In this document: positions 26,961-39,579 of the stretch, piece after piece
Layout of the letters: every line of letters starts with the position of its first letter
Numbering within the stretch: the stretch's first letter is position 1
Assembly (NCBI GenBank): GCA_013265495.1
Contig: MU058531.1
Span: 1,362,911 to 1,426,910 of the forward strand
Direction of reading: 5' to 3'
DNA length: 64,000 bases
From: Vicugna vicugna
Lineage: Eukaryota
Position numbers and translations under genes: made by a program
The notes under the pieces: generated by a model
The model's database searches: none
What the model was told of the DNA's origin: nothing
The model's input: only the letters and a program-made list of their open reading frames with translations

Positions 26961-28568
26961 AATAAAACAAACATATATTTACAAAACAGAAACAGACTCA
27001 CAGATACAGAGAACAAACTAGTGGTTACCAGTGGGGAGAGGGAAGTGGGGAGGGAAAGAGGGGTGTGGGATTAAGAGACATCAACTACTATGTATAAAAT
27101 AAATACGCAACAAGGATATATTATACAGCACAGGAAAATACAGCTATTATTTTATAATAATTTTAAAGGATGTATAATCTATAAAAATATTAAATCACTA
27201 TGTAGTACACCTGAAACTAATATTGAGAATTAATTATACTTCAATTTTAAAATGAGGTACATATACACAACGAAATATTATTCAGCCGTAAAAAGAAGGA
27301 AAGCTTGCCATTTCCAACAATATGCATTGACCTTGAGGACATTATGCTAGTGTAATATGCCAGACAGAAAAGACAAATACCATATGATCTCACTTATACT
27401 TGGAAAGTAAAACAAAAAAACCCTGGAACTCTGTAGATACAGAGAACAGATTGGTGACTGACAGAGGCAGGGGGTGGGGATGGGGATGGGCTGAAATGGA
27501 TGAAAGTGATCAAAAAGTACAAACTTCCAGTTGTAAAAAGTCCTGAGGAAGTAATGTAGAGCTTGGTGACTATAGCTAATAATATATTTGAAAACTGCTG
27601 AGAGTAGATCTTAAAAAGGTCTCATCACAAGAAAAAGATTCATAGCTATGTGTGGTGGTGGGTGTTAGTCAGATTTATTGCAGTGATCATTTCACGATGC
27701 ATACAGATTTGGAATCATTATGTTGTACACCTGAAACTAGTATCATATTCTATGTCAATTATATCTCAATTTTTTTTAAAAAGGCAGCCATGACTTTACA
27801 TTATTTTTTAGCTTTTATAAGATGCATAAGCTGTTTCGAGTAGTAAGGAATTACACAATACACACCTAAGTGAAAATGAATGTTTCTTTGGCAAAAATTC
27901 TGGATTGTTTTCATGTTATTTAAGGAATTTTACTTGAGTAAAAATTGAAATCAATACTAGGCCAGCATCAAACCTACCCCCGTGTGGAGTACACACCTTC
28001 TTAAAAGTCTGTGGAGCAGGAATATCCCCCAGACGTCAGTAACTTGTAAGAGCGGCTCAGTTTTCCTTTTCCCTCCTCTCTCAGATCTCTTCCAAGCCTC
28101 CTGCTTGCATGGCAGACAAAGTCCCCAGGCAACAGCCCTGGACCACCACCAGGTGCTGGGAGTAGACGGAGCAATTGCCCTTGTTTTCCTGGAAACTTCT
28201 ACCCGTAAAGTCCAATGGCTGAGAGAGATCCCTCAGTCCTCTGCACTGAGATGCTTATTCACTCTGCCTGGGAACCTGGCACCCGGATCAGACCTGCAGG
28301 ATTCTCTCACCTGCACTCAGTTTCACTTCAAAGCCAGTGAGCGACATTTCTTTCCCTTGGTAGAGTTAATTCACTAACAGCCCTGTGAGTCTTTGTCACA
28401 TGTGATTAGAGTTAAATTTGGGCAACACCAATGGAACGAAAGAGAGAAATAGAATGATCCTGAGATAACTGGTTAAGAGTTGAGAAGATTTAAGGCTTCA
28501 AAGATGAGAATGCATGATTCTGAGTGCTTTGTTTTTTGATGTCTATACATATATGAAAGTACGTGTCT

Positions 28569-28631
28569 ATGAGTGAGTGAGTGAGTGAGTGAGTGAGTGA
28601 GTGAGTGTGTGTGTGTGTTTGTGTGTGTGTG
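28569..28631. repeat. Compound microsatellite (GAGT)n-(GT)n
   Basis: Read directly from the sequence. Confidence 0.95.
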
Positions 28632-29449
28632 ATACACTCGGGAAGAGAAAGATCAGGTAAGGCATCTGACCTGGGCAATAGCCCCTGGGAGATGGGAGGC
28701 AGGAGTGGTTGTCGAGACCACAGTTCCCCACACTGGCCTCCATGGGGTGTGTGCAATGCTCCTGTTGCCTTTGAGGGGCGTCAGGAGGAAGTAGATGGAC
28801 CTTGAGAATAAAGACCGAGAGGATGCAACCACCACCTTGAGTGATGGGGCGTGCAAGAATGAGATGCTTACAACTCAGAGGAGCGGCCCCAAATCCTTCT
28901 GACTGACCCCAGCTGGGATGAGCACCTCCACCTCCCAAGACTGAGGCTCTCCTTCCTGCTTTAACTTCGCCAGCTCCTTCACTCTAGAAAGAATGAGAAA
29001 CCTCAATCCAGCAATCTCTCAGTGGGATCCGTACCGACCAAGAGAAAGATCTCTAATAGGCTGTTTACAGCACCTAATGGTGAGGCCAGGCCTCCCACAC
29101 AGTGTCCCTGTCACCTGGCTGCCATCACAGGGCACCGGGGGCCTCTAGGTCACCAGCTTGAATGCATAGGGAGCTGATTGCTGATTGCCACTCCACGCTG
29201 ATTGCTGTATATTTATTCCATTTGAAATGTTCTGAGGAAAGAACGGTTACTTTGAATGAGAGCTTTGTGTGAGCACAGCGAACAGCATTAGGGCAAGATT
29301 CCAAAACCACTGGGCGGGGGGGGGCGGTCGGCTTCTACACGAGAATGTGTCTCAGAGAGAAGCGGGTGCCCAGCATCCTCTGGGAATCTGGGAACACCTG
29401 TGGGAAAGGGTTGGCATCGACTCCCTGTCTCAAACCTATCAGTGGGAAT

Positions 29450-29832
29450 TGTTAAAAAAAACAAGACCACAGGTCCCAAAATGGGGTCGCCTGTGCTAAG
29501 CCCCACATCACCAAACAGACTTAACTAGTCTTGGCTCTCCCCGAAATGGAAATCTGAAACCAGTTAGTCAGGAACACCTGATCAGCACTAATTAGGTAAC
29601 CTGTCTGACAGACCCTGCCACCTCCCAAAAGAATGTAATCTTGTGATACTAACCTGCTTTTTTTGCCTGCTGTAATTCCCCTGATCCTGCTCCCTTCTGC
29701 ATATAAAATTCTTTCACTTTGTGCAGCTCCTTGGAGCTCCTTTCTATCTACTAGGTTGGTTGCTGCCTGATTTGAATCGACGTTTCCTCATATAAACTCA
29801 ATTTTTAATATGCCTCAGTTTATCTTTTAACA
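29450..29832 (+). mobile_element. ERV1-type solo LTR (MER39/LTR39-like)
   Basis: Terminal inverted repeat TGTTAAAA...TTTTAACA, perfect 4 bp TSD GAAT (29446-29449 and 29833-29836), internal TATAAAA at about 29702. Confidence 0.85.
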
Positions 29833-30017
29833 GAATCAAAAATAGAGGAGCTGGCCCAGTGCTAGTTCTGGTGTGGCCCTTGTGTGACCTCTTGGCAAGC
29901 CACGTGACATCTGAAATTGTTTCCTCATCCGTAACACAATGGAGCTGGGCTGGGTGGTACCCAGGGTCCCTCCAGTCTGGCCCTACATGAGTGTGATACC
30001 CGCCATAGAGGGAGTGC

Positions 30018-30343
30018 CAGCTCTCTAACTTCTTGCCCTCAGGACCTCACAACAACTCTTAAAAGCACTGAGGACTTGAAGGAGCTTCTGTTTATGTGGG
30101 TTATACCCATCGATATTTACCATATTGGAAATTGAAACTGAGAAAAAAATGAAAACACAAGTACCCGTACAGAGGGGTGATCTCATCACCCATCATATAT
30201 TCTCTGGAAAATTCCTCTGTGAGAATGAGAGTGAAATGAACGAAGATCTTAGTCTTAAAATAGTTTTGATCTCATCGACGCCCCCTGAGTCTCTAAGACC
30301 CCAGGGGACCCCAGGCCACATCACACCACTATGAGCACTGCTG
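30018..30343 (+). mobile_element. hAT-Charlie non-autonomous element (MER119-like)
   Basis: ctcaggacc...ctcttaaaagcactgaggac...gagcttctgtttatgtgggttatacccatcgatatttaccatattggaaattgaaactgag; CAG...CTG ends. Confidence 0.7.
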
Positions 30344-30344
30344 G

Positions 30345-30563
30345 TATGGTAAAAACCTCTACAGCCAGAATCTGCATTTAAATCTTAATTTGCTACTTGC
30401 TAAATATGTGAGCTTTGGCACTAACCAGTTTGTGCTTTGATTTCCTGTAAAACTGAAATAATGAGAGTACCCAATTCACAGGTTTTTAGAAGAGTTAATT
30501 AAAATAATGCATGAAAAGTACCTTGACAGATGTAAGTACTCCCCTAAATGTAGGCTATTATTA
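30345..30563 (+). mobile_element. MIR SINE
   Basis: gccagaatctgcatttaaatcttaatttgctacttgctaaatatgtgagctttggca...gtaaaactgaaataatgagagtacc. Confidence 0.7.
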
Positions 30564-31089
30564 ATCAACTAGAAATTTTCATCACAACAGAAAAAGAGAA
30601 AAAAAACTTACCAACAAAATTGCTACGTTTTCAGACAGCGCCCAGAGAACGAAGCTGGTGCAGGGAATTTCACAGGACGTCAGGACAGTACTCGGGGTCT
30701 CTCTGCTCGACTCCCCTGCTTTAGCAGAGTCGGGGATGAGCGCATTGAGTCCGGCCAGAGCCCTGTCTCCTCTGACGGTCAGTGGTAGCTGTAGCCAACC
30801 CAGGAGCTTCCCAATTACGCCAAAGCATCTTCACCGGTAGCTTCCTCCAGAGCTGCACGTGCCCAGCACATTTCGAAAACTGCCTAATTGGATGGTTTCT
30901 TGCTTTCAACACCTGAGCCCCTATGGTGCTGCGGGCACTTCTTTTACTATTTGGAGTCAGTACCAAACATAATTGATTAATTGACATAGGAATTTCGGTT
31001 TCTACACCCATAGAGCTAAGATTCTCTCCAAACCCCTATCTCTGCCCCTTAAGTTTTTCATTTGCCTTGGTTGATTTCATGCTGTGGTT

Positions 31090-31410
31090 GTGAACTCTGG
31101 ACGAATACTGGAATCATCCGGAGGGCTGAAATACAGCCTGGAACCCACTTCCCGGGGATTCTGCTTGAATTGTCTATCTTTCTAACGCTGGGGCTCCCAG
31201 GGAATACCACTGTGGAACCAGGATTGAGAAGCCCTGCTCTCATGGCCCTGGGGTTCTCGAAGTGTGGCCCCCAGGCCAGCAACACCAGCATCATCTGGAA
31301 AGTTGTTAGAAATGCAAATTCTCAGGCCCAACCCAGACTGACTGACGTGTGGCCCAGGAGTCTGTGTTTTACCAAACCTTCTAGGTGATTCTAATGCACA
31401 CTCGAGTTCT
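31090..31410. mobile_element. Adjacent MER5B-like and MER5A hAT elements
   Basis: ttctcgaagtgtggccccc...cagcatcatctggaaagttgttagaaatgcaaattctcaggccc...ctaggtgattctaatgcacactc (MER5A), preceded by a MER5B-like segment ending caggattgagaagccctg. Confidence 0.75.
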
Positions 31411-31650
31411 CTAATGAGACCAAATTCTCTTGATTGCCATGCCTCCATGGCTTCCACGCCCACCATCACCATCACCTGCATCAATCAGGTAAGCCCGTGA
31501 AAAGGAGTCACGTTCCTATCTTCCAAGGTGCGGACACCTGTGTGGCCGGAGCTCAAAGAGCCTGAGTAACTCTGACCTCATTTGCATGCCAAGTCCTTCT
31601 GAGAGCTGCTGGCTTCTTGAGTGAACAAATGAACCAAAGATCACTAAATA

Positions 31651-31651
<1 letters not shown>

Positions 31652-31689
<38 letters not shown>
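31652..31689. repeat. (CA)n microsatellite at an L2 tail
   Basis: Read directly; adjoins antisense L2 end attcaattcaacaaatatttattg. Confidence 0.95.
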
Positions 31690-31690
<1 letters not shown>

Positions 31691-31889
31691 TCAATTCAAC
31701 AAATATTTATTGCACAAATGTTTATTGAGGCATCAGGCTACTGCTGAGAGCGTTAGAAAGATAGGCAAGTCTCAGCCCTGCCCTAAGGAGCGCAGGATCC
31801 AACAGGCACAAGCACTTATACAACAAGAAGGCAGGATACCAGGGCCTTCAGAGAGATGGAGAGTTATATCAACACTAAGACCGAATGAC

Positions 31890-32125
31890 AGCTAATATTG
31901 ATTGTACCTGGACCAGTGCCGGGAGTGTATGTGTGAATCCTCTTAACAAACTTAGTCCCTCACACTTAATCCTCAGAACAACCTACCATGTTGCTCTAGT
32001 ATTAGCCCCCTTTTGAAGATGAGGAAATAGGTTTACAGAGTGAACATGCTGCCTGTGACACAGCAAGTGGGGAGCCAGGATTTAAAGCCGCGTCTGTCTG
32101 ACGCCCAGTCTTCATAATCACATGC
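31890..32125 (-). mobile_element. MIR SINE
   Basis: ttaatcctcagaacaacc...ttttgaagatgaggaaatagg...ggagccaggatttaaa. Confidence 0.75.
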
Positions 32126-32674
32126 CTACGTGTGCTATTTTTAACCTGCCAAGGGTGTACTAGAGACGTTTGGAAACATTTCCTAGCTAGTTCTGAGAAA
32201 AGAAACTGTCCTTAAATGTTAGGGTTTGTGCAAATAGGTTGAGCTGATGGCAGAATTCAAACAGCTTCTAGTTAGACGAAGAGGAAACTGGAGGAAGAAA
32301 CTGGGTCTTGAATATTCATCACCCGCAGAGCGCTCAGTGCACAGAGGATGCTTCGGTAAAGCTGGCTAAAGGAATTGCCAGGACCTTGTATGCAGCCCTT
32401 CTTCAGGCATCCTGCCCGCTCTGTCCCCACTTTTGACACACAGGAGAGGCTCAAATGCTTACGGATCCTGAAGATTAAGGGTCCTCCGGGAAGAAACACC
32501 AACAAGAAAATCACAACCACATCTAACCTGTGCCAGCCTCCCCAACAGAGTTGCTGGAAAGAATGGAAAATGTTTGCAAATGTATAATGGCATTTAAATA
32601 TTTAATAACTAATTCTATATTGTTAGTTTTTCTTTATAGAAATTCTATTTTACTACGGAAACAAGAGACTAGTG

Positions 32675-33210
32675 GCTATAGTGAAGATTTATAGGATTGT
32701 CTGCCTGACACTCACTATGCTTGTTTTTCTAGAAACTGCCACCCATCCCGTCCATGTTCCTCATGGGAGTTGATAAATACAAATATGGATGGTTTTTTTC
32801 TCACATGACTCATGAGCCTTAACCACAGTTAATTTGGCCCAAAGTGGGCTTATGGACTTCTTTCTTGGAATTTTTTAAATTTCACACTGAGAGTCTCCCT
32901 CTGGTGATTAAAGTTGGAAAGTACACAGCACAAAGTTTGGACATGTTTCTGGCCACATGGAGAGATCCCGTCTGTAAGGAAAGAGATGACAGCCGACAAC
33001 ACGTAGACGGAGCAGCAGAGAAAGACGGAGCAGGCCCTCGTGTTCTTTGAGAACGTGGCGTTAGTCATTCCTGAGACCCCTCTGCCTCCCTGCTCTTTCT
33101 GAGGATTGAAAATATTTCCCCAGATTTTGTGATTCAACCAATTCCCCTTTGAGATGGAGCCATTTGTAATTCTGGTCTGTCCCTTGTAACCACAGTCCTG
33201 ACCAGAATAA
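32675..33210 (+). mobile_element. ERVL LTR (LTR16-like)
   Basis: ggccacatggagaga...gagcagcagagaaaga...cccttgtaaccacagtcctgaccagaata 3' end. Confidence 0.55.
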
Positions 33211-33354
33211 GTGTTCAAACAGCTTTAGGGTGATTAAAATGAAAACAAAAGAGAAATGAAGCAGTTGCTCTAACGTCGCATTTTTTTCTCCACCTCATGT
33301 CTTTCTTAAACATGTGAATTTCAGTAGATATCCTCTAAGGGTCCATTTGTAAAT

Positions 33355-33715
33355 TTTTAGCAAAATTTTTATTGAATTACAACACACACATACACAAATC
33401 CAAACACTGAAAAATCATGACTTTTCAGAAAAAACACACACTGGTGTCACCAACACCAAGGTCAGGAATCAGAACATTTTCCGCAGCCCGGGGTCCCTTC
33501 CTGCCCCCCTGCCAGCCACATACCCCCCCCCCCACTTCAAGGTAGCTACTCTCCTGACTTCTGACATCAGAGATTACTTTTTCTTGGTTTTGTACTTGAA
33601 GGAATCATACAGCGCACTCTCTTTTGTGCCTGGCTCCTTTCTCATTGGTGAGATGCGCCCGAGCTGCTGTGAGTGGTTGTCCTTCGTTCTCATTGCTGAG
33701 AAGTATCCCCAGCTT
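33355..33715 (-). mobile_element. Old L1 3' end fragment
   Basis: caaggtcaggaatcagaacatt...ctactctcctgacttctgacatcagagatta...ggaatcatacag...tttgtgcctggctcctttc. Confidence 0.75.
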
Positions 33716-36700
33716 TGTATTTTCAATCTTATTTTCATCTAAGTCAAGTAGGCTGGAACTCAGTACTGGGAACCGGGCTAGTAGGAGTAGCTGTTTGTTC
33801 TTCCGATGATCTATTGATCCTGATGGCGAAAGATCTAATTCAGGCAAGCTGCCTGGAACTTTGCAGAAAGGAGAAATTGCTCTCGTGATGCTAGAGGTTT
33901 TATTGGGATTATTACTACTGTTCGGCTCAAGCGAGGACACAGGCTGCCTCCGCCTTATGAAAGAAGAAAAACAGAAAATGACCTGCCTCCTATTCTTGTT
34001 CAGAACAGAGCTTTTGAGAGAAAAGCATGGCACAGCTCTCCTCAAAAGTGACCCTTCCAAAAACCTAATCAGACCGCATATTGTTTATTTCAGCAAATAG
34101 CATCCAGTGACTCAAAAGACAAATAACCCTGCACTGTAATTTGTGTCATAATCTCTGGAAGACCACACCATTCTTCTAATTTTTACCAAGCAAGCAAACA
34201 GTAATTTACCCACGGGGCCCTTCTGTCAGACCTTTCCTCACCAGCCCTGAGATACAGATGTTGAATATAATTTCCATCAATACCTGTAGTTTTCCTTCTT
34301 TATGCTCCATGGGAATTAGAATGCAAATAATTACAAACTCCATTTCAGCTAGTTTAATGAGTAAGAAGTTATTATTTTCCATCACAAGAAGAATGGAGCT
34401 CAATTAAACTGATTCAATGACACCAACAAGGACCCAGGTTCTTTCTGTGACCAGACTGTCCATGAGTGAGCCCCCACACAGATCCAAGGAAACTGGGGCC
34501 GTTCCAGGAGTTGCATCAGGAAATAACAACTTCCAGCTGCAAAAGAAGCTGTTTCTCTCTCTCCCTCCCCTTCTCTCTTTCTCTCCCTTTCCCTTCCTCC
34601 AATCCCCACCACTCCTCATCAGCCAGAATTAAATTCAGACACATTGGTAAAACCAACCAACAGTGGAAGGAATGGGATTACCATACTGAACACATGACAA
34701 CAGTATTTATCCCTAAAATGAGGAATAGAGTTCCCTTGTCTGGGTCACCTTCAAACAAAGCAATAGTGCTGCTGGCAAGGAGAAAAGGAGAAAGATCATC
34801 AGGCTCACTGTTCCCCAACTTCTGTCTTCCACAGCCCACCTCTTTGGCTTTCCCACATCCATACACACCCCGTGTTCCACACATTGTTCAAAACACACTC
34901 ATACTTCCACAAAATACACATAGCCCCTCGTGAGTGAAAATAATTTAAAGTCTCATCAAGAAGCAGCAAGATAAATTCAGAAAACTGACCGTCATCACTC
35001 ATCCATAGCACATATTATTCCCTGCAGGAGGAGTCTCAAATGCCATTCCCATGGCCCAGCCAATCCAGACCTCCTTGGTCCTGCTGTCCTGGAGGACCTC
35101 CCTGGCCTCCTGGCCTCCGCGGCCTCCATGGCCGTCTCCGAGGTGAGCACTGAGGAAGAGGCCCTCCTGGGGGCTGCCGGCTTTAGCAGCTCACTTCCTG
35201 CAGCTGCTAATTTGGTGGCCACAGGACAATGTTAGGGCTCGAATGTTTGAGATATTCGCGAGTCAAGTTTGGAATTTTCTTCTGTCAATTCCAGAAACTG
35301 ATAATGGCCGAAGAGCTTGTCCGAAAGAGTCTGAGTCCCAGGATCCCTGTCTCTTCACCCAGCTTTTCCATGCTCTGCGTGCCCTCCAGCCCAAAGGTTC
35401 ATAGCCCCCGCCTTGAGGCAGTGGATACAGTAGCCACGGCGTGGGGGCAGGGGTGGAGCAGAGGAGGGGGCGGGCGCCACCTGGAATCCCAGGCTTCCCG
35501 GAGCGGCTAGGGTAGGCTGTGCCTCTTGTCTTGTGAAGACTGTTTGAGGAAAGATATTAAGGGGACATGTGGGGAATAAGATGTACTTTTAGCTCAACCC
35601 TAACAGCCTTACCTCCTGCTAACTTTCTTTCTTCCCTATTTTTTTTTGGAATTAATTTTGAACAAAATGAGAATTTCTAACTTAAAGTCCCAGCAGTTGT
35701 AGATTTTTTTAAAGTCCACTTAGATTGTAGGTTAGAGGCAGAAAGCATCTGTATTAGCAAAAATCTCCTTTCTTGCCTTTCTACAGCCCGGCATGCCACT
35801 TCTCACCCACGCCTGCCTTTCAGACCGTCCCTGTCTGGAAGGCTGTAAGACAGAACCAGCATGTGCCAATATCCCCAAGTTTCTTACCATCTTCCCTATA
35901 ATTTTCCTACCAGGATCTCTAATCCTACAGCCTCTGTGGTCACACGGTCAGGGGCCTGAGGTCCAACAAGTGACAATTTGACCAAAGGCCACAGACTCAG
36001 ACATTTTGAAGTAAGGCTTTTACATGATGAAACTCATAAAAGCCACGTGTAGGAGGAAGCGAAGGCGCTGACCAGCAGCAGCAGACAGCAGCTGCCGCAT
36101 CGCGGTTCTTAAAACATCAGTTTTACGTTTTCTCCTCATACACAAGTAAACTCCAGTTTTCCCTACTGACTCCACTTTTCCAAAGATTGTTTTAGAACCA
36201 ACTACAGAGGGAGGCTTTTCTGCTCCCTTTACAGATAAAGACTTTTGAAAAAAGGAGCTGGAGCCACATTTTGGGAATGAGGTGAGTTGCAGCAAACAAT
36301 GTAAAATATCCATTTGAAAATCCATTAAGATACACTGCTTCCAAAAGGAGGAGGGGATCGTGTTATTTTGATCAGGAGAACAGAGGGGAGTGTAACACTG
36401 AGAATTTCTTTGTTCCCTGAGATGTTTCACATTTAGGAAACATGACATGGAGTTCTGGCCATCATGGAGAGCCCCAGTTAACTTTTGTTTTAAGAAGGAT
36501 GCTGTCTTCATCAGTGTTCTCCTTGTGTCGACTGAGTTTCCTCCAAGACCCCTGAGAGAAAGATTAGTGCTGGTGAACCACTGAGCCCTCTGATCTTTGC
36601 TCTCTTACACAAAGTCAACATGCTAAGCTAACAATATGTTGCCCGAACAGGGATTCACAGTGAGCTCCACAGGACTGGGAAGGCTTGGTGGTCCAGCACT

Positions 36701-37777
36701 AACACCAAGCTTCCCAGGACTCACCATGTGGTTCTGGTGGCATAACTCTCACCACGCCTGGGTGTGGCGTGTTCTGATGTTATTTAAACCAAATCAAATT
36801 CCCTTTCAGAGGTAAATACTCCCGTTTGGTTTCCACCTGAATGTTAATCAACTCCCCTTATACAAATTCAGCACATTTGACCAAAACAGAAACATGTTCC
36901 AAAAATTAGATTGATACAGGGTATCGTGTTTACCAATTCATCCCTATTCTTAGCATGTTTCTGGCACATAGTAGGTGCTTAGGAAATACTGCAGGAATGA
37001 ATAAATTAAAAGAGGCATGCTCCCTCAGGAGCTTGGACAGCATTGACTTTGAACATTTCACTGGTCACATTGAGCTGTTTGCAGTTTACTAACAATGCAG
37101 AGAGGAACGAGACATGGAGAAACCAGATTTTTGTATATTTGAAACAGTTTATTATTTCATTAGACTTTGGGCCTTGTCAAATAGTGTCTACTCCCTCCCA
37201 GGTAGAGCTCCAGTCAGAGAGCTAAAATTCCAGAACGAATCTCTATCTATGTTTTCCTTCCTCCACCCCAAATACCTGATTCTTAGCCAGGTGCCTGTAA
37301 GGTCCAGCCCTGAAATTACGGTAATGACTGGCCCCGGTGAGGCTCTTTAGACTCTGCCTCCCTTTCCTTCTTCCCCCAGTTTCAGAAATCATGGCTTCCT
37401 TCTAATTCCCACACCATTGTTCTGACTGCTGGTAGAGTCATTACTATTGCAAGCTGCATGCACGTGGCTGCAGAGTCACTAAAATCTCTTTCTCACTTTG
37501 CCGCATCATGAGTTCCTGGAGGGAGGGGCACCCATCTGCAGTCCTATCTTCCAGTATAGAGCCAAGCACATAAGACACATCTATCAAGTGAAAGAATCAT
37601 TCAATAAACAGCAGAGATTTTTTTTCTGGGAACTGCGAATTTAAAGATAAAAAAGGAAAACTGGATAAAATTTCTTCCCTTAGCACAAGACAGAGAAAAT
37701 TCAGTAGGTATTTAGCTCAACAATCAAAGAAGGGGAGTGGCTATCTAATTCTCTTTGGGCTCTGCCGTTCTGGAGAA

Positions 37778-38292
37778 TGTGTATAGAGAATGAAAATTCC
37801 TGGACATTCTTCTCATTAAGACATGGGGTCTATGTCCCTTCCCCTTGAATCTGGGTTGTCCCAGTGACTCAGTTGTAACCAGTAGAATGCAGTGGAAGTG
37901 ATGTGGCGTAACTGCAAAGGCTAAGTCAGAAAAAGCCCTGCCACTTCCCCCAGTTCTCTTAGGATGTGCACTCTGGAGAAGCCAGTTCCTGTCACCACGT
38001 AAGAAGTCTGACTACCTGGGACCACCATTCCGGAGAAGCCACAGCTGAGTTCCCATTCAACAGCCAGACTCAGCTGCCAGTCATGTGTGTGCGCCCCGCT
38101 GGACATGCAGTTCAGTTGAGCTTTGGACAATTTCAGCCCCTGCCAACATCTAACAACCACCACATGGGAAACCACAGTGAGAATCACCAAACTGTTTCTA
38201 AATCTGACCCACAAAATCATGAGCCAAATCAAATGGCTGTTTTAAACTGCTCAATTTGGGGGCAATTTGTTAGGCATTAATAATAACTGGAC
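37778..38292 (+). mobile_element. MaLR solo LTR (MLT1F/G-like)
   Basis: ggggtctatgtcccttccccttgaatctggg...agaatgcagtggaagtgatg...tttgggggcaatttgttaggcattaataataactgga. Confidence 0.85.
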
Positions 38293-39579
38293 CGATTGCC
38301 TCTGGGGATTCATTCTCTAGAAAATCCTTGAATTTTTCTCCATTTTCCTGAAGGGGGCAGTTGAGCCTTCTGCCAATTTTCAGGCCAAGCATACACAAGG
38401 ACACATAAGCAAATCATTTATCAGTGAGTGTCTCAGTCCATAAACAAAAAATAACGTCCTGAGCTTGCACATGTAGAATCCATCAAAATGGAAATTAAAA
38501 ACCACAAACAACTTCTGGAATGGAAGTGATCTCTGCTTAATTAAGGCAAGAAAAGCAAAACCTATCTAAGAAGAGTCATAAGAATAATTATTAGAGGCTT
38601 CTAGAAAGTGATGTTTCTTAGTTACTGAACAAAGACTTGGCTACTAGAAGGGCTCAGAAATTATTCTCCTCTGAAAGGAAGTGAAGGGAAAAAACATTCA
38701 CAGAAACGGCTTGTGACTGAAGCCAGCTCTGCCCCCATGTAGGGACACGATGCTGACTTCATCCCCTGCAACATCCCCATGACTAATCTCTGACAATTAG
38801 TCCAAACTTACAAATATCCTCTCCAGCCAAGGCAACAGTAGGAAACCTTTCCTTACGGCCAAATCTTTCCCCAGTCAGTAGGGTTTGCAGGATTAGTAAA
38901 TTAGACCTTTCGGTTGCACAAAAGGAAAGAATTGGACATGTGACTCTTTGTTTTTCCTTCCTTTGTTCCCCTTCCCATCAGAAATGTGCCCCATCCATGT
39001 GCAGCTGAGCAGGAGGCTTCCTGAAGCTGTGTCTTTCCTCCTCTGCCCTTTCCTGTTCGACTCTTCAGCACTCCGGGTGTTTGGGAAGGACTGGCGCAGC
39101 CTGGTCTGAGGGGCGGTTCAAACAGAGCTGAGCTGTCCTGACAGATCAGTCTCCCAGCCCAGCAGGCCAGGACCAGGGCAGCCCAAGGCGAAGAGCACAA
39201 GGCAGGGATTTGGTTCCTGAGAATGACTCCTGCTGGGCGGGCAGCTCCCCGTGGCTGTCCCCAGGAATGATGAGACCCGTAGCCCACTTCTTGGCAGTTC
39301 CTCGGCTTGAGCAACCTTTTCACAAAGATCCCTGAGCAATCCAGAGAGGCAGTGGCTTGCAAATTGCTCTGAAAAAGCCACATTGGGCACACTTAGAGGT
39401 TACCACAGAGAATGGAGGCTGGGGAATGAAGTGAGTGGAGCTCTGAGCTCCCCCACCCACACACCCACATGACAATCAGAATGTCTCATCTTTTATCTGC
39501 TTCACATATTTGGCTTGAAACATTTCATTTTTAGGGGGGAAAAAAAAGGGCTGTCCCTAAAATTTGTTTGGAAACCACA

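Larger units (their letters stand above)
22064..27782 (+). mobile_element. Composite, defective near-full-length L1 (ORF1, ORF2, two 3' ends)
   Basis: ORF1 and ORF2 remnants (listed separately), one 3' UTR at about 26960-27250 and a second L1MA9-like 3' end at 27251-27782. Confidence 0.93.

Noticed and set aside
36020..36511. 163 aa minus-strand ORF
   Set aside because: No recognisable protein family.
38901..39392. 163 aa minus-strand ORF
   Set aside because: Composition typical of translated GC-rich noncoding DNA; no domain recognised.
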